Source of the DNA: Octopus bimaculoides
Lineage: Eukaryota
Direction: 5' to 3'
Length of the DNA stretch: 64,000 bases
NCBI RefSeq assembly: GCF_001194135.2
Contig: NC_068983.1
Location: forward strand, 153,373,161-153,437,160
Shown: in pieces, positions 13,466-25,707 of the stretch
Layout of the letters: each line of letters opens with the position of its first letter
Numbering within the stretch: position 1 is the stretch's first letter
The notes under the pieces: model-generated
Databases searched by the model: none
Seen by the model: the letters and a program-made list of their open reading frames with translations, nothing else
What the model was told of the DNA's origin: nothing
Program-made: the position numbers and the translations under genes

Positions 13466-14234
13466 CCCAAAGGTATACTATCCACTCCAATTATGAAGAA
13501 GAAAGAGGATGAGGCCAATAAACTGTCCACGGTCTATCTACCCTATGCGAAAGGCCTCTCCGAAAAGATATGCGGCCCATATGACATCAAGACAGTATTC
13601 AAGAGTAATACAACACTTCGCAAATATCTCCTTCGAGTGAAACCACCAATAAAAGAGAATATGACCAAAACTGCGTATACTCCATCCTATGCAGCTGTGG
13701 TAGGTTATACAAAGGCGAAACACGACGCCCCCTCAAAATAAGGGTAGACGAACATCGCAATGCTGTTACACGAGGAGATATTGATAAATCGAGTATAGCT
13801 GATCATGTATGGAAAAATGGAGACCACCTCCCCCTGCAGGATGAAGTTAAAATAATAGACAGAGAACAACACTGAAAAATACGAAAACTAAAAGAAGCAG
13901 CACACAACTTCCTACGCAGACCGAGGGCAGATATGAGCAGCATATGGGCACCGGTATTAAGTAGGATAGAAAAATATGTGATTTATAAGTCCTAAAATTC
14001 ACTCCATAATTGCCAAGCAGTGACCTGAACAATAATAATACTACTACTACTAATAATAATAACTACATCGAAGTATACCTTAGGAATGAGAACCCAGGTT
14101 CGAAATTTCCAAGATACCGAAAAAGACTGGAGGGTATAGCAGCCGAAACGTTGTGTTAATAACAAACAATATGAGGACAAATATCCGTCGAATGTAAATA
14201 ATGTACATAATTCCTCATCTCTTATATAAAGAAC
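13412..14234 (+). mobile_element. PLE family P1 segment 2 (internal deletions, degenerate hammerhead tail)
   Basis: FENLALGSTPLKLTLWL, then a jump to PKGILSTPIMKKKEDEANKLSTVYLPYAKGLSEKI, the GIY-YIG end, (AAT/ACT)n, and the tail ending cctcatctcttatataaagaac. Confidence 0.9.
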
Positions 14235-14644
14235 ATTATTATTATCGTTATGCTTGGAATCGAACTCGGAAACTTCGGCTAAGTAGCCCGCGCGCTCAAC
14301 CACTACACTACATGCCCGTGAGTAATTAAGGAGTGAATTTTAGGGCTTATAAATGTAATATTTTCCTATCCTTCCTTAATACCGGTTCCCATATGCTACT
14401 CATATGTGCACTCGGTCTGCTTAGGAGGTTGTTGTGTCCTCGCATATGTGCTGCTTCTTTTAGTTTTCGTATTTTCCAGTGGTATTCTCTGTCTATTATT
14501 TTAACTTCATCCGACAGGGGGAGGTGGTCTCCATTTTTCCATACATGATCGGCTATACCCGATTTATCAATATCTCCCTATATCACAGCTTTGTGATGTT
14601 CGTCTACCCTTATTTTGAAGAGCGGCATGTTTCGCCTTTGTATA
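14235..14644 (-). mobile_element. PLE family P1 segment 3 (GIY-YIG end plus tRNA-like module, stops in (AAT)n)
   Basis: Inverted copy of segment 4. tRNA-like gggcatgtagtgtagtggttgagcgcgcgggctacttagccgaagtttccgagttcgattcc lies on the minus strand at about 14256-14317. Confidence 0.9.
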
Positions 14645-15029
14645 ACATGCTGCCCCCTCAAAATAAGGGTAGACGAACATCGCAAAGCTGTGAAATGGGG
14701 ACATATTGATAAATCGGGTATATCTGAACATATATGGAAAAATGGAGACCACCTCCCCCTGTGGGATGAAGTTAAAATAATAGACAGAGAACGCCATTGG
14801 AAAATACGAAACCTAAAAGAAGCAGCACATATGCTAGGACACAACAACCTCATAAGAAGAACGAGTGCAGATATGAATAGCATATGGGAACTGGTATTAA
14901 GGAAGGATAGGATACTATTAGATTTATAAACCTTAAAATTCACTCCATTATTGCCCACAGGCACATGGCGTAGTGGTTAAGAGCGCGGGCTACTAATCCC
15001 AAAATTCTGAGTTCGATTCCAGGTCATCA

Positions 15030-15065
<36 letters not shown>

Positions 15066-15195
15066 CATCAAAAGATACATTAGAAATGAGAATTCCAAGA
15101 CGCCTGATGAAGGCTGAAGGCTGGAGGGTATATCAGCCGAAACATTGTGTTAAAAAACAATCAAGATGAGGACAAATGTTCGTCAAGTTGTAACA
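14644..15195 (+). mobile_element. PLE family P1 segment 4 (GIY-YIG C-terminus, tRNA-like module, (AAT)n, hammerhead tail)
   Basis: ORF 14615-14929 ends CCPLKIRVDEHRKAV...EHIWKNGDHLPLWDEVKIIDRE...LKEAAHM. A box at 14966-14976, B box at 15009-15020, (AAT)n at 15034-15063, CTGATGA at 15104-15110, GAAAC at 15139-15143. Confidence 0.9.
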
Positions 15196-15354
15196 GGTTT
15201 ATAACGATAGTTATACAATTAAGCTTATAGCAATAGCTAATTATGTGTTAAAAATAAAGATAATAGTTATTAGAAATTCTCTTCATAGCAGAATGACGTT
15301 TTATTGCTACCAACTGAAAATTAAATACAATAATATTACAGATGTGCCAGATTC

Positions 15355-15780
15355 AATATTGGTTTTAAATTTTGATGCAAGGCCAGCAGGTTTGGAGTAG
15401 GAAATCGGTCGATTAAATCGACCCCAGTTCTCAACTGATGCTTATGTTAACGATCTCGATGATGTAAAGTCCTGACAATTTGAACTCAAAAGGTAAAGAC
15501 GGATGCACGGCGCGATAACTATTCTACCAGCTCGTCATCTTTGTGCAATGTATAATATTGGTTTCAAGTTTTGGCGCAAGGCCACCAATTTCAAGGGGGG
15601 GGGGAAGTCGATTAGATCGACCCCAGTACTCATTTATTGCTTAATGTATCGCCTTCATGAGGATGAAAGGTAAAGTCAATCAACGTCGGCGGAATTTGAA
15701 CTCAGAGCACCAAGACGGACGAAATGTCGCCAAGCATGTGCTCGGCCTGCTATCGATTCTGCCAGCTCACCGCCTTTGTC
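15355..15780 (-). mobile_element. Two tandem copies of tRNA-derived SINE family A
   Basis: Repeated gcaaggcca...gtcgatta(a/g)atcgaccccagt...atttgaactc...ctgccagctc. The minus strand carries an A box (agctggcagaatcg) and a B box (gagttcaaattcc). Confidence 0.85.
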
Positions 15781-15941
15781 GTAATATCTAATATTAATTA
15801 TCATTCTCATTACTAATCATTACATTAGTTTCCGCTGAAACTCTATTTTACAAACAGAGATATTGAACTTTTTAAGCCAATAATGTTTCTCAATATATTT
15901 TTCAACATTTTGCATACGATAATGTTATCCATCAAAATAAA

Positions 15942-16731
15942 GGATCTATTTTAAAACGGGGGCGCCAGTTTTCATTTATGTCTTATGTAGTGTTTTTGGT
16001 ACCGAAAGACTTTCAAACTTCGTATACTTATCTATTTTGTGTTATAGAACAGAAAAATATTTTTGTATTCGAATTTATTTCATGTAAAAAATTGTCTTAT
16101 TTCGATAATTTCTACTAATCACTGACGTCTATTCATTTGAAAACAGTTAGCGCTGTAACGGTGTATATCGTATTAATCCNNNNNNNNNNNNNNNNNNNNN
16201 NNNNNNNNNNNNNNNNNNNNNNNNNNNNNNNNNNNNNNNNNNNNNNNNNNNNNNNNNNNNNNNNNNNNNNNNNNNNNNNNNNNNNNNNNNNNNNNNNNNN
16301 NNNNNNNNCCTAACCCTAACCCTAACTAGACTGTTAACCGTAACCCTAACCCTAACCCTAAAACTAACCCTAACTCTAGAATCCAAACTCTAAAATTGTT
16401 ACACACATAGATACGCACAGCGTAATTTATTATATAAACAATATATGCGTATAAATTACGATTAAACCGGATGAAATATGTCACAGGGAATAACATTTTT
16501 ATGGCCGCCCAGCAGTAACTCTATTCAGCTGAATAGACGTCAGTGATTGGTTGAAATTGCAGAAATACGACAACTTTAACATGGAATAACTTGCGAATTC
16601 CTTTTTTTTGTTAAGAAGACTAAGAGTAAAAGTTGTTTTATATGACACATTCTACCAGCGTCCCAAGTTTCAAAGTGTTTCGTTAGTTTTTCGTTAAGAA
16701 AATACTGGCGCCCTCGTTTTAAAATAGATCC
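15942..16731. mobile_element. MITE with 28-bp TIRs, 8-bp TSD and internal (CCCTAA)n
   Basis: TIRs at 15942-15969 and 16704-16731 (1 mismatch). AAAATAAA lies on both flanks (15934-15941 and 16732-16739). Inner perfect 19-bp inverted repeat at 16117-16135/16530-16548. Contains an assembly gap. Confidence 0.85.
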
Positions 16732-17484
16732 AAAATAAATACTACATAAAATTGATATATTTTCTTCGCGCGCATAATATCGAAGCGCACCGTAACATTT
16801 TTCCAAATCACAAACAGTGTATAGATAACAAAAGTGTATGTGTTTACTTTAAATATATAGCTAACCCTACAGAAGAATGTAATCGTTAAAAAAAAATAAA
16901 ACACACGGATGCCCTCTCGGAAATGTAGAAATCTGTAATTGTCATGTACTGCATGAAAGTTAACTTTGACATCGACACCACTGAATAACTAAATTAAACG
17001 TTATAGGATATGCAATACATTTCAGCAGTTAGAAGAAAGCAACATATATGAAAGTAATAAATTATTCGTTTGGAAACACACATTATTTAACTTTAACTAC
17101 GTGATACACATCTAGCAAACTTAACATTTAACTCATACATGAAAGTGATTATAAAATTAAAAATACATAATTCTCATAAAGCGCTCAGGAACTGCCTGAA
17201 AGCATATACGATGAAGTTTTATGATTTGGATCATATGCATTAAGACAGATTTCTGAAACTTATTGATTTTATAATCCAGGATAAACTTGAAGCCATATAG
17301 CTGCATGTTTGCAGTATCACCTTGATAAAAGCCCTTATATTTTAGGGTGTTACATACTGGGTAATATACACAAGTTGGAATTATTAGCTATACTGGAAGA
17401 AACAAACGATAAAATTAAGACATGAAGAATTAGTAGCTGAAAATCTAATTTATGTTCTAATGGGAGGTGTGATTCATGTCTTTG

Positions 17485-17565
17485 TGCCCGTGTTTGTCTC
17501 CCACCCCTGCTTGACAACCGGTGTTAATGTGTTTGCGTCCCCGTTACCTAGAGATTCGGTGAAAA
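17485..17565 (+). mobile_element. Fragment of SINE family B 3' body
   Basis: tgtttgtctccc...gcttgacaaccggtg...tgtgtttgcgtccccgttacctag is the reverse complement of the 53150-53225 segment. Confidence 0.6.
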
Positions 17566-17855
17566 TTTGTGAGGTTAGTAGTGTGTCTACTCTCAAAGCG
17601 ATCAACATCACAGGGGATGCAGCATTTCAAAGATATTACGATCATAATAAACGAAGTGAATTAGGGATTCATAATTGGGAAGGGAAGTAAAAAGTGCTCA
17701 TTTAATATAATCATACTATTTTACTATTTTAATATTTATTACTTTGTACTTTTTTGATTTTTATTATAGGTCTTTTTAGCGTATTCTCTTATTAAATTTT
17801 TCTATATGTGATTGTGGATTTCATGGATGAATAAAATAATTGTTTTTTTTTCTCT

Positions 17856-17886
<31 letters not shown>

Positions 17887-18250
17887 NNNNNNNNNNNNNN
17901 NNNNNNNNNNNNNNNNNNNNNNNNNNNNNNNNNNNNNNNNNNNNNNNNNNNNNNNNNNNNNNNNNNNNNNNNNNNNNNNNNNNNNNNNNNNNNNNNNNNN
18001 NNNNNNNNNNNNNNNNNNNNNNNNNNNNNNNNNNNNNNNNNNNNNNNNNNNNNNNNNNNNNNNNNNNNNNNNNNNNNNNNNNNNNNNNNNNNNNNNNNNN
18101 NNNNNNNNNNNNNNNNNNNNNNNNNNNNNNNNNNNNNNNNNNNNNNNNNNNNNNNNNNNNNNNNNNNNNNNNNNNNNNNNNNNNNNNNNNNNNNNNNNNN
18201 NNNNNNNNNNNNNNNNNNNNNNNNNNNNNNNNNNNNNNNNNNNNNNNNNN

Positions 18251-18289
<39 letters not shown>

Positions 18290-20250
18290 ATACGTATAAA
18301 TGAGTTAGAGGTTAGACAACCATCTAAAAGATAATAAATGTAATACTGGAGGAATACTTATATATATCCAAATGCTTACTGTTGCAAAGACATCGTACAA
18401 TTGAATAATAGTTATAAGTGGAGGTAAACAAAAGTTTATCCAGAATTTATAAGACAAGGAAGAAAATGAAGATATTTAATTGACAAATATCAGCTAGATC
18501 TATTTATTAATTACAGTCTTATACATAAATGTATAAATAAAAATAAATGAATTTAAATATACTCTTAAAGCTTTTTGGACTTTGTACGTGTGTATGTATG
18601 TGTATACCTATGTTCATAGTTATGTGCATGCTTGTGTGTATATATATATATATGTACATGTGTGTGTATAAATGTGTATATGTATGTATATATATATAAT
18701 TATGATATGAGTGTGTCGGTGTGAGTGTATGTGAGTATATTTGTATATGTATGAACATGTTATATTTTATCTTATGTATATTTATTTATTTGTGTATGTG
18801 TATGTATATAGGCGTGTATATATTGTATATGTGTGTGTATGTTCTGTGTATATTTGGATGAAAGACGTCTGTGTGTGTGGGGGGGTGACTATATATATGC
18901 GTTTATATATAACACCTATTTTCATTACCAGATTACCAAATATTCATGATCTTCGTAAATTTTAATATTTTAATATTTCTCGTATATTTTGATATTTTGC
19001 GTATATTGTAATATTGTACCAAATATTCATATATATTATATATTATATATTAAGTAGTATGTCATTTATTTGTCACTATGATTTTATTCTCTCTGACTTT
19101 AATGGGAGTACTTTATATATTGAAGAGGAGGATAATATTTATAGACGTGGCATCCAGTTGGTACTATAGATTTCATTTCAATAATTTCACTGATTGTCAA
19201 ATTCTATATATTGTGTGGTATATGTTAAAAATTATATGTTATATATAATGTGTTATATATTGTATATTATATTTCATATCCGGGTATTTATTTTCAAATC
19301 TTATTTATGTTAACATTGAAATGTAACGTATGAGGAGCTATTGGTATAAGATAATAGCTTTTCGTATATTTTAATGTGTAAATGTTTTGCACGGTTACCT
19401 CCACTTTAGCGATATTTCATAAAATTGAATTTTTTTTATTTTAGATAATTATTTTTTCAATTAGAAATTTATCTTAGAAATATTCATAACGTAAATATTC
19501 ATAACGTAATTATCCCCCTTAGTATTTAAGGTTTCTTAGACAATTTCTTCTTAGATTTTCCTTCAATATTTTCTTAAATTTGTTCTGCATTTTATTGATA
19601 GTTTTGACAAACCCGATACAACGCTATTGTTTTTAAATATTAGCTGACCAATTAAGTTGTACGATTGATCTAGCCTTAGCGTACTTATCATAGGTGTATT
19701 ATGATGACATTCTTTTGCTAGTAAATTATAACATCACACTTAATTTATACCTCAATTATTCCTTTATTGATATAATTACGTAATGGTTTCCCAAACCCTG
19801 TTTTCCTTAAATAAATTTTATTTCTAAGCTGCTGCATAGTTTTTAGTTTCTAACTAATGACGCCTGTTATATGGCTCATCCCATTAACCCCACCCTATAA
19901 TGTTAATCTTTACTATCCCCACCATTAAATTGAAATGAGATTTGATCTCACAACCTCCGGATATTACGTTAGACTTTACTTTTTTGCTATTTTTATTATT
20001 TTACATTTTTATTTATTTAATTCTTACCAATGTAGACTCTCTGATGAAGTTTAAGGGTTCAATTTTTCTTGGAGTTTTGAACAATTTTTGTATGATGTGT
20101 GCTTTATCATGCCCCCCCCCCAAGTAGAAACAACTGTAACCGTAGAGTTATATTCACTTATTTTTATTTATTTATTATGAATATGACTGTTATTAACAAA
20201 TAAATGCAGCTGATGTTAATTCAATATTTTTCTCCATTTTCTTCCTTGCC

Positions 20251-20298
<48 letters not shown>

Positions 20299-20315
20299 GT
20301 ATCTATCTATCTATC

Positions 20316-20380
<65 letters not shown>

Positions 20381-20388
20381 GTGTGTAT
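20251..20388. repeat. Compound (TATC)n(TA)n(TG)n microsatellite
   Basis: Visible directly; a near-identical block follows the gap at 20611-20770. Confidence 0.9.
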
Positions 20389-20610
20389 ACATTAAACAGC
20401 AATTGTTGAAGAGAAATTGTAAATGATAAATTCAACTTTTACAATATTAGTGTACATCTTGTATCGAAAATATCTTTATAATCTACAGCTGCATCTTTCA
20501 GGAAACAAGTTAATTCTGGAAATAACGGCAACATTATTAGACGATAGNNNNNNNNNNNNNNNNNNNNNNNNNNNNNNNNNNNNNNNNNNNNNNNNNNNNN
20601 NNNNNNNNNN

Positions 20611-20645
<35 letters not shown>

Positions 20646-20662
20646 GTATCTATCTATCTATC

Positions 20663-20700
<38 letters not shown>

Positions 20701-22470
20701 AGTGTGTGCGTGTGTGTGTATGCGTGTGTGTTTGTGTGTATGTATGTATATATATATATATATATATATATCAATAACGGGAACTTTTGGACGGTAATTC
20801 GTAAATCCTTTAATGCACTTTTGTATGTATGTGTGAGTGTGTGTATTTGTATTAGACAGTACATTTGACAGCATGAAAAACAAACATACGAGATGGTCCG
20901 ATCAACCGTTAAAGGGATAGTATGAGACGAATTAATATTACTTCTCTGCCAGTACATATTGTGGGATAAAATATTATGAGCATGTATTAGTAAGATGTAG
21001 CACGTTCATCAATTTCGATGGTAACTTATTGAGATTCAACTGATGTTAAAAATGGAATATTCATTTAATATCCATTATAGTGTAAACGCTGGTAACGTTA
21101 ATTAATTAATAATACCTTCTGCAGTTAGTTTAGATAATTGTAGTATTATATTTCGAATTATTCCCACAAATATGCTGTGTGTTTGTCGGGAAATTTCGGA
21201 TGATACTTGTGACATATACATAAAAAATTCAATTTAAATTGAGGATGTTGAGAAAGCCATATTATTGTTTTTCACAGAATATCCTCATATATTTGTCCTC
21301 ATGAACACTATTTCCTCCTATTTCAGTAACAGTTGTATTGTAAGAGAAAACGCATAAGCTCTGTAAATATATAAGTATATAATATACCAGATGGTGATGG
21401 TAATAAGGATTATATACACACAAAAAAAAACAAGATATTTCATGTGAATCATGATTCTGCATTTTCCTCAAGATGTTAAAGACATCGCCAGTGATATTAA
21501 GGAAGGTTATACTTCAGTGGTTGTTGTCCACCCTCTACCTCTTTTGCTTTTGTAATGAGTATGATCAGTGAGGTCTTGAAATGAATTGAGAAATGCCATT
21601 TGCGCAGCTGCCAACGCATTCAGCTATGTTCTAACTTGAACGTATCAACACCTCACTTCTAGTTAGAAACGCATACACGTCCTACTTTCAGAAAGAAAAT
21701 ACTTAGTCGATTTGATCTTTTCTATAATCATTGTATTGTTGAGTTTTTTAACTATCGACATCTGGGACTGTTTTGTTAATGGCATCATTGTTGATTGTTG
21801 CTTGGTGGGGAAGAAGACTAGTGGGGGAAGAATATGAATGAACACAATGGATTATCTAACGCACGCAACGTAACTAATTTGCATATATTTACTAACTAAT
21901 TTGCATATATGTACTAACACTAAATATTATTACGCCACTAATACTAGTTACATTGCTGTGTTGCAAAAGAAATTACAAAAAGACTCCCGATTTTATAGCA
22001 GAGCAAAAACAGAATGTTGAATGAGGTTTCAAAAGTTTGTATTCTCACGGAAGCGACGGACCCGCAATAAATAATGAAGATTAAAAACCGTCGTATACTT
22101 TTATGACACACGTTTAGGGATGGATGAAACAGCTATTTTCAAAAGTAAATGTGTAGAGAAGGGGTTCCGTGTTTAATACCAGAATTAATGTGCATGACAT
22201 TATGAAAATTTGTCTGGATTGGAATCATCAGGTAAAAGTATTTCAAATGTTAAAGACAACCTACTTAACTGAACAGAACAGTTTACCGACTTGTCCTTCT
22301 ATTAAGTGCATGCCAAGTAGATGTAGACATAGAGATATTATAGTTGATTAGATAGCAGACAGTCTATCTTATATATATTTCTACTGTCACATTATGTATT
22401 GTTGCAACCTCCACTCCTCTTCTAGTTTTCCACTCTGGTAATTTTACTTTATTCTACATCATTTAATAAT

Positions 22471-23147
22471 GATCCTTTCTACTAAAGATACCAGGCCTGA
22501 AATTTGTGGGAGGGAAATAGTCGATTACATCAACCCTAATACTTTTTCTTATCGACCCCAAAAGGATATAAATTAAGGTCTACCCCGGATGCATTTGAAC
22601 TCAGAACGTAAAAATGGACCGAATGCCTGTAAGCATTTTACCCGGCGTGCTAACGATTCTGCCAACTCGCCGCTTTACATCATTTAATAATAATACCAAC
22701 TAAAACCACAGCAATAATTAAAATTATTATTAATGATATTCTTTTCTACTCTAGGCACATAGCGCGAAATTTTGTGGGGACGGGGCCAGTCGAGTAGCTC
22801 GAACCAGTACGCGACTGGTACTTAATCAATCTACCTCGAAAGATGGAAAGCAAAGTCGACCTCGGCGGAATTTGAACTCATAACATAGCGACGAGCGAAA
22901 TACCGCTAAGCATTTCGCCCAGCATGCTAACGATTCTTATTTCTTATAGAGGGGACAAACAAGGACAGACAAAGGAATTTAGTCGGTTACATCGATTCCA
23001 GTACACAACTGGTACTTAATTTATTGACCCCGAAAGGATGAAAAGCAATATCGACCTCGGATGAATTTGAACTCGGAACGTAACGACAGACGAAATAATG
23101 CTAAGCATTTCGCCCGGCGCGCTAACGATTCTGCCAGCTCGCCACAT
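22471..23147 (-). mobile_element. Cluster of three SINE family A copies
   Basis: Copies at about 22471-22676, 22740-22940 and 22975-23147, each with gtcga...cgacc...atttgaactc...taagcattt...ccggc...aacgattct. Confidence 0.85.
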
Positions 23148-23379
23148 TACATCATTTAATAATGATACCAGCTGAAACAACAACAATGATTAAAATTACT
23201 ATTAATGATATTATAACTATCATTATTCTCAATTAATGTTATTACTATCATCATCATTTTCATCATCATTTTTTTAAAGATATATATGCTACATTAATCA
23301 GCAAACCTATTGTCTTGACGTTTACTTCAAAACAGGTCTTCTCAAATCTCATGTATCGTTCTTAGAACGACAGGATTGC

Positions 23380-23535
23380 ATTTTACATTATTTACATCTG
23401 ACGGATCTTTGTCCTCATCTTTTTTGCTGTTTATACAACGTTTCGGCTGATATACTCTCCATCCTTCTTCATCAGGTTTATTGTGGAAGTTTCGAAACTG
23501 GGTTCTCAGTCCTAAGGTATTTTTCGATTTTATTA

Positions 23536-23579
<44 letters not shown>

Positions 23580-23580
23580 T
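23380..23580 (-). mobile_element. PLE family P1 hammerhead tail with (AAT)n
   Basis: Minus strand reads (aat)n...atcgaaaaataccttaggactgagaacccagtttcgaaac...cctgatgaagaaggatggagagtatatcagccgaaacgttgt...agatgaggacaaagatccgtc. Confidence 0.9.
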
Positions 23581-23598
23581 ATAATAATACACACAAGG

Positions 23599-23630
<32 letters not shown>

Positions 23631-23653
23631 CACACATACACACATACATATTT

Positions 23654-23790
23654 ACGACGGACTTTTTATCTCTTTCCGTCTACCAGTCCCAAACTCTAGG
23701 GGCTGGCTGGCCTGGGGCTTTGCCGCGCAGTGAGACTGATTCGGAATCATCTGATTGGAGAGCAAACTCCTTATCGCATAGCTTATCCTC
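23654..23790 (-). mobile_element. 5' part of SINE family B (degenerate)
   Basis: acgacggactt...tttccgtctacca...tgccgcgcagtgagactga matches 53619-53775 and 62657-62817. Confidence 0.65.
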
Positions 23791-23791
23791 A

Positions 23792-23826
<35 letters not shown>

Positions 23827-24023
23827 CTATCTCGCTTAGACATTGCGATAGTTGTCTCCTGGGCACTTCATTTTAGAAGTTCCTTGGAACCTATAAACAA
23901 TTGCACAAGCACTCAGCTCTCAATGCACTGTCTCTCATTGCAAGAACAGTTGTAAGCTAATGAAGTTCATTGCATAATTTACTGTTCTCATGCGATTTAT
24001 TTAATTTCAAGCACACACACACT

Positions 24024-24056
<33 letters not shown>

Positions 24057-25707
24057 GCTCGCGCGCACACACAGAGGCACCGCGCACTATATTGTATGTT
24101 TGATTAAGAAGCCTTTTTCATTTTTATACATTTATAAACTCAAGTCGCTGTTGCAATTGCCTTCTGATACACAAACTATAATCACACACTACTCACTGAA
24201 AGAGTCAACAGAATATGAACTTAGATTATATATCATACTACATTCAGTTGTATCCCGTGTATTCGTGAGTACTTTTGTGAAAGCATTTATTTTATTGTAT
24301 TTTCATGTGTGTGTATGATAATGTCTTTGTCTTATTGCAAAATTCTCCATGTCAGAATCACAATTCATCAATATGTTTTATTTGTCTACATAAAATCTCT
24401 ATGCAAACAGTAATTTTGTTGTGACTTTTATAGCTGTCTTACATCACCGTAACTAACCCAGTCGTTTAGAGCGTGCTATTGTCTGTTTTCAATTACTTCC
24501 GTGTATCATAAACAATGTTAGTACATGTATTATGTTCCTAGCGCAACAAACGATACCGTCATATTTATATAAGTATACATTCTCTTAATGTTACCTAATA
24601 CTTATTCCATATGATGTGATTAAAGGAAGAATCGCCTATATGTATATGCCCTTTTGTGCAATGCGTATATATATTCATATATATCTATATCGATATCTAT
24701 CTATCTTTGTGAATGTGTAGCATTACTGCATCGGTTCATAATTTAGTGTGACGGTTTGGGCTCGAAATAACGGCGAAAAATATATTTCACCATTGCTATA
24801 TGATTGTTATACAAACGCTGCTGTAAAGAACGAGAGTGAATGCATACATACAATTAAGAATAATTATTGTAGAAGTTTCGAATCCCAGTTATCGCAATAT
24901 TACTTTTATCCAACCGCCTGTTTTCAATGGAAAGTAATGAATATTCCTTGTGTTTTATGAATTGTAGGGGATTGCAATCTATATAATAAGCTACTATAAA
25001 TACACGGCATCAAACGCATATAGACCAGGAAATATAGTTGCAAGAGCGCGTTAATACATGAATATTATAGTTTCAGCATATGTCTCTAATCCTTGTCGGA
25101 GACAACAGATCAAACAGAAATTGTTTATCCTCTCCACCTACAATCTCAACATTTATAACATATAACGAATCGGCATGTTGCATGTGAAATATGATGTTTC
25201 TAATCATAAATGTATGCGTTCAGTTGATTATAATCTTCATATTAAAGTCATTTAAACTTTAATTACTGTCTTGACTAAAATTGATAAGGCACGCTCAAGA
25301 ATTATTATATGGTTTTGTGGTTAACCCTGCTTTGCTCATGTTCTGAGCAAAGATATTACGTTGCATCAATAGATCTCTGTTACTCGGCTCATATGATTAC
25401 CGAAACGTCATAGACATCACAACGTACATTATTCAGTCATATATAATAAGTGAATCAGCGTGAACTCTCGCCATAATACTTCCATTATTATAGAAATGGC
25501 AGTAAAATTTGTCTCAAATCATGTACTCCACTCATAATATAATGATAGAAGATCATAAGAAGATTGGATGAACGAGTGTCTTCTTGATCAGCGTTGAAAT
25601 GGAACAGAAGACAACAACAATTACGGGGTGGGAGCACTAAGTAGTGATGTGTACACATGCTATGTTATTACCTGTTCGATTATTCCAGTGGCACGTTCGA
25701 CCTTCTA

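Noticed and set aside
14959-15025. tRNA-like sequence as a genuine tRNA gene (apparent anticodon ACT)
   Set aside because: No complete acceptor stem or terminator, and it is embedded in a repeated element; treated as a tRNA-derived module.
16309-16372. (CCCTAA)n as a true telomere or chromosome fusion site
   Set aside because: Short, degenerate and enclosed within MITE TIRs.
20251-20770. Duplicated compound microsatellite on either side of a short gap
   Set aside because: Probably a scaffolding or gap-filling artefact.
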